In this document: in pieces, positions 53,415 to 62,717 of the stretch
How positions within the stretch are numbered: position 1 is the stretch's first letter
Layout of the letters: each line of letters opens with the position of its first letter
Source: Longimicrobiales bacterium
GTDB taxonomy: Bacteria > Gemmatimonadota > Gemmatimonadetes > Longimicrobiales > Gaopeijiaceae
Reading direction: 5' to 3'
DNA: 64,000 nt
NCBI GenBank assembly: GCA_965219445.1
Contig: CBDCNQ010000005.1
Span: 1,120,001 to 1,184,000 of the forward strand
Position numbers and translations under genes: made by a program
The notes under the pieces: model-generated
Told to the model about the DNA's origin: nothing
What the model saw: only the letters and a program-made list of their open reading frames with translations
Database searches by the model: none

Positions 53415-54539
53415 ATGGACCATTTGAATCGTCGAGATTTCGTCAAGAAAGCCGGTCTCGGCGCTGCCGGCACGGGCGTGCTGGCCGGGTGCGGGGGTAC
53501 CGAAACACAAAGTGCGAGCGGAGACGGCGTCGTCTCGGGCCCCCGAGTAAGTTGGCGCATGGCGACGAGCTTTCCGCCGAGCGTGGACGTTCTCAACGGA
53601 GCCGCTTTACTCGTCGCGGACCGGGTCGCAGCTCTTACGGGCGGACGGTTCACGATCCGTGTATTCCCGCCCGGCGAGCTCGTCCCTGCGCTCCAGGTCA
53701 TGGACGGCGTGCAGTCCGGGACGGTCCACGCCGGCTACACGAGCGACTATTACTACATCGGCAAACACCCGGCGCTAGCGTTCGGAACCTCCATCCCCTT
53801 CGGGCTGAACGCGCGTCAGCAGACGGCCTGGCTTCACTACGGGGGCGGCCTGGAAATGCTCCGGGAGATCTACACGGACTTCGGAATGACCTCGATTCCC
53901 TGCGGTAACACGGGAACCCAGTTCGGCGGGTGGTTCCGGAGACCCGTCGAAACGCTTGCCGACCTGCGTGGCGTGCGCATGCGCATCCCCGGACTCGCGG
54001 GAGAGATCATGGCGCGCCTGGGCGTCACGGTCCACGTCCTTGGCGGCCCTGACGTCTTTCCGGCGCTGGAGCGAGGCGCAATCGACGCCGCGGAATGGGT
54101 CGGACCCTACGACGACGAGAAGCTCGGCTTCCACGAGATCGCGAAGAACTACTACGTCCCAGGGTGGTGGGAGCCCGGACCGTCGACCGTTCTCCAGATC
54201 GGCCTCGCCGCCTGGAACGACCTGCCGCCCTCCTACCAGGCCGCGTTGGAGAGCGCGTGCAATGACGCCACCCGCATGACGCTGGCCCGCTATGACATTG
54301 AAAATCCTCCGGCACTTGCGCGTCTCACCAATGAACACGGTGTGACCTTGAGGAGATTCTCCAACGAGATCCTGGAGGCCGCCTAGACCGAGAGCGAAGC
54401 CTACCTAGAGGAGCAGGCCGCCGCGAACGATGACTTCCGGCGGATCTACGCGTCGTGGAGGGCCTTCCGAGACGAAAGCTTCCCGTACTTCGCCAGCAAC
54501 GAGTCGGTGTACGCCGACTTCGCGTTTTCCAGGACCTAG
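53415..54539 (+). pseudogene. TRAP substrate-binding protein (DctP/TakP-like, Tat lipoprotein) with an in-frame TAG at 54384-54386
   Basis: RRDF, LAGC, GNTGTQFGGWF, IDAAEWVGPYDD; 50 further in-frame codons (TESEAYLEEQA..FRRIYASW) follow the TAG. Confidence 0.85.
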
Positions 54540-54542
54540 AGG

Positions 54543-54628
54543 GCAGCGGGCTCCCGACGTACCGCGGCCACGCCTCGTCGTCGTTCCTCGTTTGAACGCG
54601 CACAAGCGCCCTTTGAGCGACCCGCTGC
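54543..54628. repeat. Structured repeat family B, copy 2 (shorter)
   Basis: Terminal stem GCAGCGGG / CCCGCTGC; ungapped match to 48330-48386. Confidence 0.8.
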
Positions 54629-54645
54629 ACTCCTCAAACCGCGTT

Positions 54646-55370
54646 CTACACCCGCACCCAGGCGATCAAGCCCCCGAGCACGATCAACTGGATCACGATG
54701 AATGGGATAGCCCCTCGGTAGATCGTGGTCGTAGCGATGCTCGGCGGTGCGACCCCCCTGAGGTAGAAGAGCGAGAAGCCGAACGGGGGTGTGAGGAATG
54801 ACGTCTGGATGTTGACCGCCAGTACGATCCCCAACCAGGTGAGGTCGATGCCCAGAATCTGGGCAGGCGCGACGATCAGCGGCACGATGATGAAGGCGAT
54901 CTCGAAAAAGTCGATGAAGAAGCCGAGCCCGAAGACGACGGCGTTGACGACGAGCAGGAAGCCGAGCGATCCGCCTGGCAGCTCGGTGAGCATGTCGGCG
55001 ATCCAGAGGTCCCCCTCGAGCCCTCGGAACACGAGCGTGAACGCGGTGGATCCGATGAGCAGGAAAATGACCATGATTGTGAGGCGTGTCGTATCCTTCA
55101 TCGCCGCCTTCAGGGCCTCCATGGACAGCCGCCGGTGCGTGGCTGCGAGCCCCATGGCGCCTAGAGCGCCCAGCGACCCGGCCTCGGTGGGGGTGGCCAC
55201 GCCGGCAAAGATGCTGCCCAGCACCACCAGTATCAGGACCAAGGGCGGGAGCATCGAGCCCATGACACGGCGGAGCAGCTCCGCACCCGGGATGTCGAGC
55301 GACTCCGCGGGCATGGCGGGTGCAGCGTCCGGTCGCACGATGGCGACGCCGATCACGTAGACCACGTAGC
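54646..55370 (-). pseudogene. TRAP large permease (DctM), C-terminal half only
   Basis: ATPTEAG, NIQTSFLTPPFGFSLFYLRG; N-terminal half absent. Confidence 0.85.
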
Positions 55371-55799
55371 TTCCCGGCAGAGTACCGGTGGCGTGAATCA
55401 CGGCAAGGAATCGTCTAAGTTCAACCAGGACTGCACGATCTGCCGCACTTGCCGTCCTACCATACCTGATGCTGCCGTGCTTAAAGGGCGGGGAAACGGC
55501 ATCAAATGGCGGTATGACTGGCGGGCATCTCGAACCCGGATCAAGGACCAGTTGTTTGGGGTCAGCGCCGGTCCATTCTGGTCGGTACTATTTGCGGACT
55601 GTGTCTTCCTCCTGATCGTCATTACTTATCGTTGTCTCCCGAACTACTCCTACCGCGGGCGGCGAACCAGTAGGCCAGGATGCCGCTTCCGATTGGGAGG
55701 GTCGCCAGGAACAAGTCCTTTGCCTCAGCCATGCCGGTGGCGTCGGAGCCGAGCCAGAGGAGCAAGCCGCAGAGGATGGCACCGAAGAGGAACACGTAG

Positions 55800-56679
55800 A
55801 GGGCGGCGCCGTAGGTGCCGGCAACCTCGTCGAAACTCGACGCATAGACGAAACTCGACGCATAGACGTAAGGCTCGGCGAGGTCCTTGACGAGCCGTTG
55901 GAGCGCTCCATCGAGTGTCGCGTCGTCTCGTAGTCGCGGCATGTAGACGTAGGAGGCGAACCAGTCGCGGATTTTCTCGATAGGGATATGCGGCTGGTCC
56001 ACAGGCCATACGGGCTCTAGGCTTCGGGCGAGATTCTGGGGTCCCATCTCCGCGATCACGGTGCCGTCAGTGCTGACCTTATCCCAGACCGCCTGCGGGA
56101 TGCTCTTCGCCCCGCCGCGGTTGATCAGCCGCGTCGAGTGCATGACGTAGCCGGGCCCTGCATTCGAGGCGCTGCCTTCTCTTTCGGGCGGTGCCGGATG
56201 CAGCACGTGAACCCAAGCGCTGCGAACGCTCTGCAGAAGGGCGTCGCGGCTGTGTCGGGCCTGTGTTTCGGCATCGCTGGCCTGCGCGCGGGTCAGATTT
56301 TCCCTCAGGTCGGCATCCGTCAGCATAGATTGCCATGCGCGCTCCCGCCGGGCGTTCTGGCGGGCTGCATCGATGTTCGTAACATCCGCTGCAGCGAAAA
56401 CAAGGGCATTCCGATAGCGGCGCTGTCCGCTGCCCCGCCGTTCGGTCGTCTCGCTGGCCGCAGCGACTGCCAGCGACTTGGGCCCGATGTTCGGGTCGTG
56501 GGGCACCGAGGGCGGCAGGACGATCAGCGCCGTGGCGCGGCGATCCTCGACGTCGGTCAGGTTGTCCGGCGCGGCATGCACCCGGGGGAACCCTGCGCGG
56601 CTGCGCTGCTCCTCGCGCAGGACTTCGATGATGCGGCGGTCCGCGGCCTCGTCGCTCACGTCTTGGGCACGGTGTCGGC
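55800..56679 (-). pseudogene. Fragment of a DUF499-family ATPase (C-terminal region)
   Basis: FPRVHAAP, RRYRNALVFAAAD, DWFASYVYMPRLRD resemble DUF499 protein C-termini (recalled similarity, not searched). Confidence 0.6.
55831..55868. repeat. 18-bp in-frame tandem duplication
   Basis: CGAAACTCGACGCATAGA x2 (VYASSF x2). Confidence 0.9.
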
Positions 56680-57340
56680 GGTCAAGTCCCGAGTTGTGTG
56701 TAAAAGTGAGAGGAAGCTCCTTGATGCTTCGGTTAGCTGCCTTGGCGAGCTCCTTGGGTTCGAGGAGTGAGAGGTCCAGGTAACGGCGCTCGCTCCAGAC
56801 CGCAGTAGTCCTCAGAGCAACCGCGGTGATGAGGCGGAGCGCACTGGCTCGGTCGGGGAAGGCACCGGCGCTCCGGATTCGACGCTTGATCTCGATGTGC
56901 AGGCGCTCGAGGCTGTTCGTGGTGCGTAGCCTGGCCCAGTGGGGCTCGGGAAACGCGTAGAACTGGGTGGCGGCCGTGAAGCCCCGCTCGAGCACCCTCA
57001 TTGCCTCGGGGAGTTCATTGTGCCAGCGCGCCGTGATCTCGGCCAGGCGCTTCTTCGCCTTAGCGAGCCCGGGGGCCCGGAAGACGGCGGCAACCTCGCG
57101 CGCCACACGCTTGCGCAGGCGATGCGGGACCTCGGCCAGCACGTTGCGTTGCAGGTGCACGGTGCAGCGCTGACGGCGCACCTCAGGCAGGAAGCGGCGC
57201 AGCGCAGCTGCCAGGCCCGCGTGCTCGTCGGCGATCACCAGTTCGACGCCGCTGAGACCTCGCTCCAGGAGCTGCTCGAGGAGCTCCGACCAACTGTCCT
57301 CTGACTCCTCAGGGCCTAGCGTGATGGCCAGGAACGCCAC
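56680..57340 (-). mobile_element. IS256-family remnant: transposase C-terminal half plus right terminal repeat
   Basis: RGLSGVELVIADEHAGL, QRCTVH, RTTNSLERL..EIKRR, FPDRASALRL; end TTTTACACACAACTCGGGACTTGACC (56680-56705, minus strand). Confidence 0.88.
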
Positions 57341-57422
57341 ACTCTCAGCCGGAGAGCACTAGCCCCTGCCCAAATTCTACCGACTACCGTGTCGAGATCA
57401 GGATGAACGGATCGACGACCCT

Positions 57423-59354
57423 ATGGGTCGCGCAACGTCTAGAAGGCAAACCAACGTGAGCCAGTTCCCGCACGTCGGGACCCCGGCCGCCACTCACCGT
57501 GGACACATCCGTTGTGGCGGGGCGGCCTACCGACCACCCCACCCCACCCCGGTCATCCTCGTGTTGGCGGCCTTCGCAGGCTCGGCGTGGCTCGTGTCCT
57601 GCGGGGACAGCGCGGTCGGGCCAGCTCCCCCGCCTCCCCCTCCCCCCAACCGCGCCCCGGTCCTGGCGGGCTCGATCCCGGCCCAGACCGTGGCCGTGGG
57701 CGAGACGGCTGTGGTGGATGTCTCCGCCTACTTCACCGATCCGGACGGGGATGCGCTGAGCTACGCAGCGTCTTCCTCGAACCCGTCGGTGGCTGTCGTT
57801 TCCACTTCAGGAGCGACGGTGATGATCACCGCGGTGGCGAAGGGCTCCGTGACGGTGACCGTGACGGCCACCGATCCCGGCGGCCTCACCGCCACACAGA
57901 CTCTTGAGGCTACCGTCCCCAACCGGGCGCCGGAGGCGAGGGGCTCGCTCCCGGACCAGACCGTCCAAGCCGGCCAGACAGCCACGCTCGACGTCTCGCC
58001 CTACTTTACCGACGCCGACGGGGACGCGCTGAGCTACGAGGCCGCCTCGGACGCTTCGAGCGTGGCCACGGCGAGTGTCTCCGGAAGCGACGTCACGGTG
58101 ACCGGCGAGGCGCCGGGGAGCGCGACGATCACGGTGACCGCCACCGACCCCGGAGGCCTCAGCGCCATCCAGACCTTCGAGGTCACCGTAGACGCGGCCA
58201 GCGGCGGATTGGATCTCAACGCTCTCTTCGCCCCGCCCACGGCGGATGAGATCACACAGGTAAAGGAGGAATGGGATACCCGAACCCCCGAAGTCAGCGG
58301 GGTTCGCCCTGAACTGGACGATGAGGTTCCCGCGGGATTGGGATCCGTCAGGGTCCGGATCCTTTCTCACACCGTGGGTGGGCACAGGCACTACGGGGCC
58401 GTGGTGACTCCGGTGGGCGCCGCCGACCCAGGCTCCCTTCCCGTGATCCTCTATGCCCACGGCGGGGACGACGGCGTGAATATCGACCAGATTGTGTTGG
58501 TGAACACACTCCTTCAGTTCCAGGGGCTGAGCGCGGCCTTCGTAGTTCCGTCCTATCGGTCGGAGCCCCTCCAGCTCGGTGACGAGGTGTTCTTGTCCGA
58601 GGGCCCGCCGAGCCCTTGGGACCGGGACGTCGACGATACCATCTCACTCCTTTCCGTCGCACTCGAGCAGGCGCCGGAGCTGGACGAGGAGAGGGTGGCC
58701 ATCCTGGGGCTCAGCCGGGGGGGCGGCGTGGGCCTCCTCACGGCGGCACGCGATAAGAGGATCAAAGCCGTCGTCGAGTTCTTCGGCCCGACGGATCTGT
58801 TCGATGAATATGCACGTGAGATCTTCGAGGAGGCCCTCGAGGGCAAGCTGCGGGATCTCCCCGGTCTCGATTACCTCAATGAGATCCTCCTCTTGCCCTG
58901 GAAGCTGGGTGTTCTCTCCGATGCAGAGGCTCGGCTCGAGCTCGTCCGCCGTTCCGGAGTGTACTTCGTGGATCGGCTCCCGCCAGTCCAAATACACCAC
59001 GGGACAGAGGACGCGGTCGTGGCCGTCAGCCAGGCCTACCGGTTGATCGCGGCGATGAAGGCGGCGGGAAAGACAGATTTTGAGGAGTACATCTATGCTG
59101 GTGGTACCCATGATTACACCACCCTTCTAGGAGCTCCCGCGCGTACCGCTGAGTTCCTTCGCCCCTTCCTCTTCGAGCTCGGGGAACGGGAGAGAGCGGG
59201 TGGCCCGTCCGTCCGAGGGGCCGGGAGCCGCTGGACGGATGGAGCAGGCGGGGGAGATCGACGGAGAGAGCGCTTACGAGCAGATGAGGCAGACCGTGAG
59301 AGAGCCAGCCGGACGCTGACGTCCTGGCAGTTTCCGTCGCACGATAGGCCCTAG
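57423..59354 (+). CDS. Lipoprotein with two Ig/cadherin-like repeats and a C-terminal alpha/beta hydrolase; true start probably near 57550, 3' end runs into unrelated sequence
   Basis: LVSC lipobox, poly-Pro linker, 2x NRAP..FTDxDGDALSY..TATDPGGL, HGG, GLSRGG, HGTED, GTH. Confidence 0.8.
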   Translation: MGRATSRRQTNVSQFPHVGTPAATHRGHIRCGGAAYRPPHPTPVILVLAAFAGSAWLVSCGDSAVGPAPPPPPPPNRAPVLAGSIPAQTVAVGETAVVDVSAYFTDPDGDALSYAASSSNPSVAVVSTSGATVMITAVAKGSVTVTVTATDPGGLTATQTLEATVPNRAPEARGSLPDQTVQAGQTATLDVSPYFTDADGDALSYEAASDASSVATASVSGSDVTVTGEAPGSATITVTATDPGGLSAIQTFEVTVDAASGGLDLNALFAPPTADEITQVKEEWDTRTPEVSGVRPELDDEVPAGLGSVRVRILSHTVGGHRHYGAVVTPVGAADPGSLPVILYAHGGDDGVNIDQIVLVNTLLQFQGLSAAFVVPSYRSEPLQLGDEVFLSEGPPSPWDRDVDDTISLLSVALEQAPELDEERVAILGLSRGGGVGLLTAARDKRIKAVVEFFGPTDLFDEYAREIFEEALEGKLRDLPGLDYLNEILLLPWKLGVLSDAEARLELVRRSGVYFVDRLPPVQIHHGTEDAVVAVSQAYRLIAAMKAAGKTDFEEYIYAGGTHDYTTLLGAPARTAEFLRPFLFELGERERAGGPSVRGAGSRWTDGAGGGDRRRERLRADEADRERASRTLTSWQFPSHDRP

Positions 59355-59715
59355 CGCCGTGGCCCGGAGCAGGACTGTGGCCCCCGCCGCTGAGCGACTC
59401 GACTCTGGAGGACCAGAGCCAGCTGGACGGCCTAGAGCTAGTGCGGCGCGGTGTGCCTTTCGAGTGCGGATCCCATCGTGTCCGAGCCCTCCGATTGGTT
59501 GTGATAAGTGTAAACTCCGGAGCTACGCGGAGCAGGTGCGGGAGATCTACGGAGAGCAGGCTTATGAGGAGCCGGAAGCGGGTCTGGGAGAGGGCAAGCC
59601 AGCCTCTGGTGCCCTCGCGGTTCCCGTCGCACGATAGGCCGCAGCGCCGTGGGCCGGAACGCGGCGGACCGGAGCGGGACTCTGGCCCCAGCCGCTGAGC
59701 GGCTCTGGGTACGCC
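59241..59715 (+). repeat. Degenerate direct duplication, period about 290 bp
   Basis: GGAGCAGG..GGGAGATC.ACGGAGAG, CCGTCGCACGATAGGCC and GCCGCTGAGCG each occur twice. Confidence 0.8.
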
Positions 59716-59739
59716 CAGATCCGGTATCTTCCGGGAGGA

Positions 59740-60000
59740 AAAGGGTTGAGTAACGGTTTTCGGATTTCAGAGAACGCTGGATCACATCCGAGCCATGATC
59801 TCTCGGCTTCAAGGGCTCGCTCTGCTCCACGGCCTCGCCGAACTCTCCTGGCGTCATGGCGTCGAGGGCCCGGAGCCCGGCCCGCACGATCTGGCTCTTT
59901 GTGAACCTCAAGCCCTGACGCAGACCCCGTGTCTGGAGCGTTTCGATGAGCTGGTGATCCTCGATCCTAGCCCACACCCGCATCTTCGAGGCGGAGGCCG
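59740..60000 (-). pseudogene. Ribbon-helix-helix-like DNA-binding protein fragment
   Basis: TKSQIVRAGLRALDAM..EAVEQSEPLKP resembles small partition-associated RHH proteins; boundaries unclear. Confidence 0.4.
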
Positions 60001-60399
60001 GCGGGGGGGCACCGCTCCTTCGTCCGCCTCGCGAACAACGGCAGCACCCGACTCTCGAACCGCTCCTCGACGCCCCGAACCCGAGGGCGTCGAGCAATCG
60101 AGCCGCCTGCGGGTCAGTGCCCTCCGATGCACACCGCCGCGCTCGGGTTCCGCCGGGTGCGACGCTTTGCCCAGACCGGCCTCCCGGTCGCGCTACGTCC
60201 CGTGACCAAGCTTCCAGCGAGCCATGTGGGGGCGGTGGCGCTGGCGGCGGTGTCCAACAGCTCGCGTACCGTACTGGCTATCTCTAGCCGTTACAAGCGA
60301 TTGGGAGATTTCCCAATGGTTGACTTTCTTGCAAACGGCTCTTCACTGTTCCGGGCATGGAGACGCGGAAGCAGCAGTTCAAGTCGGCGGTGAGCGATG

Positions 60400-60890
60400 C
60401 GATCGTTCACCTCCAGGGAAGCGAAGAGGCGCTCGCGCCATTCGGCTGGACGGGAGAAAAGGCCGGGTGGATCGCGTTCGTCTGCCTCCACAGCGGCGCG
60501 TTCACCCGCGTCCAGTGCGCGCGATTCCTCGATGCACACCCGGAACAGGTGCGGCGCTTCGTCCACGCGCTGATCGCGCAGGGCCTGGCCGCCGAGGACA
60601 CCGTGCCCGGCATCCGGGGGATCGGCCGCGTGTGCCGCATCTTCTCCCGGCGGATCTACCGGGCCATCGGAGCCGAGCACATCCGCCACCGCCGCGACGC
60701 CTCGCCCGCCGTACTCATGCGGCGCCTGCTCTCGCTCGACTACGTGATCGAGCATCCCGGCTTGCCTTGGCTGGCCACCGAAGCCGAGAAAGTCGCCGCG
60801 TTCGAGGCCCTCGGCATCGAACACGGGCTGCTGCCCGTCCGGGTGTACCGGGGTGCCGCCGGTGCGACTCGGCGCTACTTCCCGGTAAAG
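60400..60890 (+). pseudogene. Truncated hypothetical (wHTH-like) protein of integrative elements
   Basis: Protein-like GC-rich frame (WIAFVCLHSG..RRLLSLDYV..RRYFPVK) ends abruptly at AT-rich DNA; start codon not clear. Confidence 0.55.
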
Positions 60891-61069
60891 TACAGCAGTA
60901 TGATCGCGAACATCGTCCCATGCGGTCCCATAGTATTCCGTAAAGCGTTTGATTACAATGTGATACGGCATATCAGAGCCGTGTTCACAGGCTCCCTCTT
61001 GTGCCGGGTCGTACCGTATTGTACCATTGTGTATCCGTCGATATGTGATACACAGGTAGGATACACCAC
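60890..61069. other. AT-rich att-arm-like region upstream of the integrase
   Basis: GATACAC at 61047 and 61060, inverted at 61029; GTCCCAT x2; GTACCRT x2. Confidence 0.55.
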
Positions 61070-62254
61070 ATGCGTAAACGACCCCTTACGGCCGCCTTCG
61101 TGGCGCGAGTGAAGACGCCGGGACGCTACGGCGACGGCGGGCTCGGCGGGCTCGGCCTGTACCTCCGCGTCCACCGAATGAAGTCCGGGCGCGTCTCCAA
61201 GTCCTGGGGCCAGCGCATTCGAGTGGGAGGGAAGCCGACCAATCTCGGACTGGGCTCGTACCCGGTCGTGACGCTCAGGGAGGCGAGAGAGAAGGCGCTG
61301 GAGAACAGGCGGGCAGTCCATTGGGGCCACGACCCGAGAGACGCGGGGGTTCCCACCTTCGAGGCGGCCGTCGAGAAGGTGATCGCTATCCACTCGCCGA
61401 CCTGGAAGAACCCATCCCGCATGGCCGGGCAGTGGCGGCAGACGCTGCGGGACTACGCCGATCCGCGCATCGGCCGGAAGCGCGTGAGCGAGGTCGCGAC
61501 GGCCGACGTGCTCGCCATCCTCAAGCCCATCTGGTCGAGCAAGCCCGCGACCGCGAGGGCCGTGCACCAGCGGATCGGCGCGGTGATGAAGTGGGCCGTC
61601 GCGAAGGGCTACCGGCCGGACAACCCGGCGGGGGACACCATCGCCGCCGCGCTGCCGCGCAACGGCAACGCCATCCGGCATCACAAGGCGCTCCCGCACG
61701 GCGAGGTGGCGGCGGCTCTGGCCAAGGTCCGCGACTCGGAGTCCCATGCCGGTGTCCGGCTGGCGCTCGAGTTCATGGTCCTGACCGCGACACGCTCGAA
61801 CGAGGTCCGGGGCGCGGCGTGCGACGAGGTCGAGCTCGATGTCTGGACCATTCCCGCCGACCGCATGAAGGCGAAGCGCGCTCACCGGGTTCCCCTGTCG
61901 GGGCGAGCCTTGGAGATCCTCGAGGAAGCCCGGAAGCTCCACGGCGGCGGCGGGATCGTGTTCCGGGGCGCGAAGGGAGGAAGGATCCACGCCTCGATGT
62001 TCAGCAAGTCGCTACGGCGTCTCGGCATCACAGGAACGCCCCACGGGATGAGGTCCTCGTTCCGCGACTGGTGCTCGGAGACGGGCGTGGCGCGCGAGGT
62101 GGCGGAGGCGGCGCTTGCACACAAGGTCCGCAGTCAGGCCGAGGCCGCCTACGCCCGCTCGGACCTGCTGGACCGGAGGCGCGAGGTCATGCAGGCCTGG
62201 GCCGCGTATCTCGCTGGCAAGCGTCGAGATCCGGAGGCCGAACCGATCCGCTGA
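61070..62254 (+). CDS. P4-type tyrosine integrase with arm-binding domain
   Basis: PGRYGDG.GLYL, LGSYPVVTLREAR, TATRSNEV, MKAKRAHRVPL, HGMRSSFRDW, LAH, AYARSD. Confidence 0.93.
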   Translation: MRKRPLTAAFVARVKTPGRYGDGGLGGLGLYLRVHRMKSGRVSKSWGQRIRVGGKPTNLGLGSYPVVTLREAREKALENRRAVHWGHDPRDAGVPTFEAAVEKVIAIHSPTWKNPSRMAGQWRQTLRDYADPRIGRKRVSEVATADVLAILKPIWSSKPATARAVHQRIGAVMKWAVAKGYRPDNPAGDTIAAALPRNGNAIRHHKALPHGEVAAALAKVRDSESHAGVRLALEFMVLTATRSNEVRGAACDEVELDVWTIPADRMKAKRAHRVPLSGRALEILEEARKLHGGGGIVFRGAKGGRIHASMFSKSLRRLGITGTPHGMRSSFRDWCSETGVAREVAEAALAHKVRSQAEAAYARSDLLDRRREVMQAWAAYLAGKRRDPEAEPIR

Positions 62255-62499
62255 GGCGCTGGCTCATGACCCGTTACCTGTCATGAGCCAGCCTACCCTT
62301 TGGGGCCACGCTTCGCGGGTCCCCGGCAGGGGCTGGCGGGGGGTGCTCCGCCCCCTTCGATCCCCCGGAGGTCCGCGCTCCGGCGGAGCGCGTCCTGACG
62401 GCTGATCGCCGCACGGTCACCGCCTCCGCCCACGGATCGCCGGCCGAGCTCACCGACTGGCGGGCCAAGACCGCGGTCGCTGGCGTGCCGCTCTCGGCT

Positions 62500-62600
62500 T
62501 CCTCCAGGATGCCCTGAATCAACTCCTGGGCTCTCTCCCCTAGCCAACCCTCGAGCATACGTCGGCCCGGTGGACTCACTCCCCACTGCCCCGGTCGGCC
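62500..62600 (-). mobile_element. Possible IS256 transposase N-terminal remnant
   Basis: LEGWLGERAQELIQGILEE resembles IS256 N-termini; short and frameshifted. Confidence 0.35.
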
Positions 62601-62717
62601 TGACTCGGTGTTGGACAAGACCGATGCCGCCAGTGAACCGTTCGACGTGATATCTTCCTTGAATCGCCGGATGGGAGCCTCACGGCAGAGGCTCGTCCGA
62701 ATCGCTGGGAAGACACG

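Noticed and set aside
3285..54539. Genome-wide TAG reassignment or pyrrolysine code
   Set aside because: TAG ends genes at their expected C-termini (priA, yitJ, dctP at 54537), and the three internal TAGs appear to replace different residues (Q or E, Q, W)
59241..59715. CRISPR array
   Set aside because: Only two long degenerate copies, no regular repeat-spacer pattern and no cas genes
60200..61069. tRNA/tmRNA integration target next to the integrase
   Set aside because: No cloverleaf or convincing T-arm/CCA end; the GTTCAAGTC near 60378 lacks pairing arms
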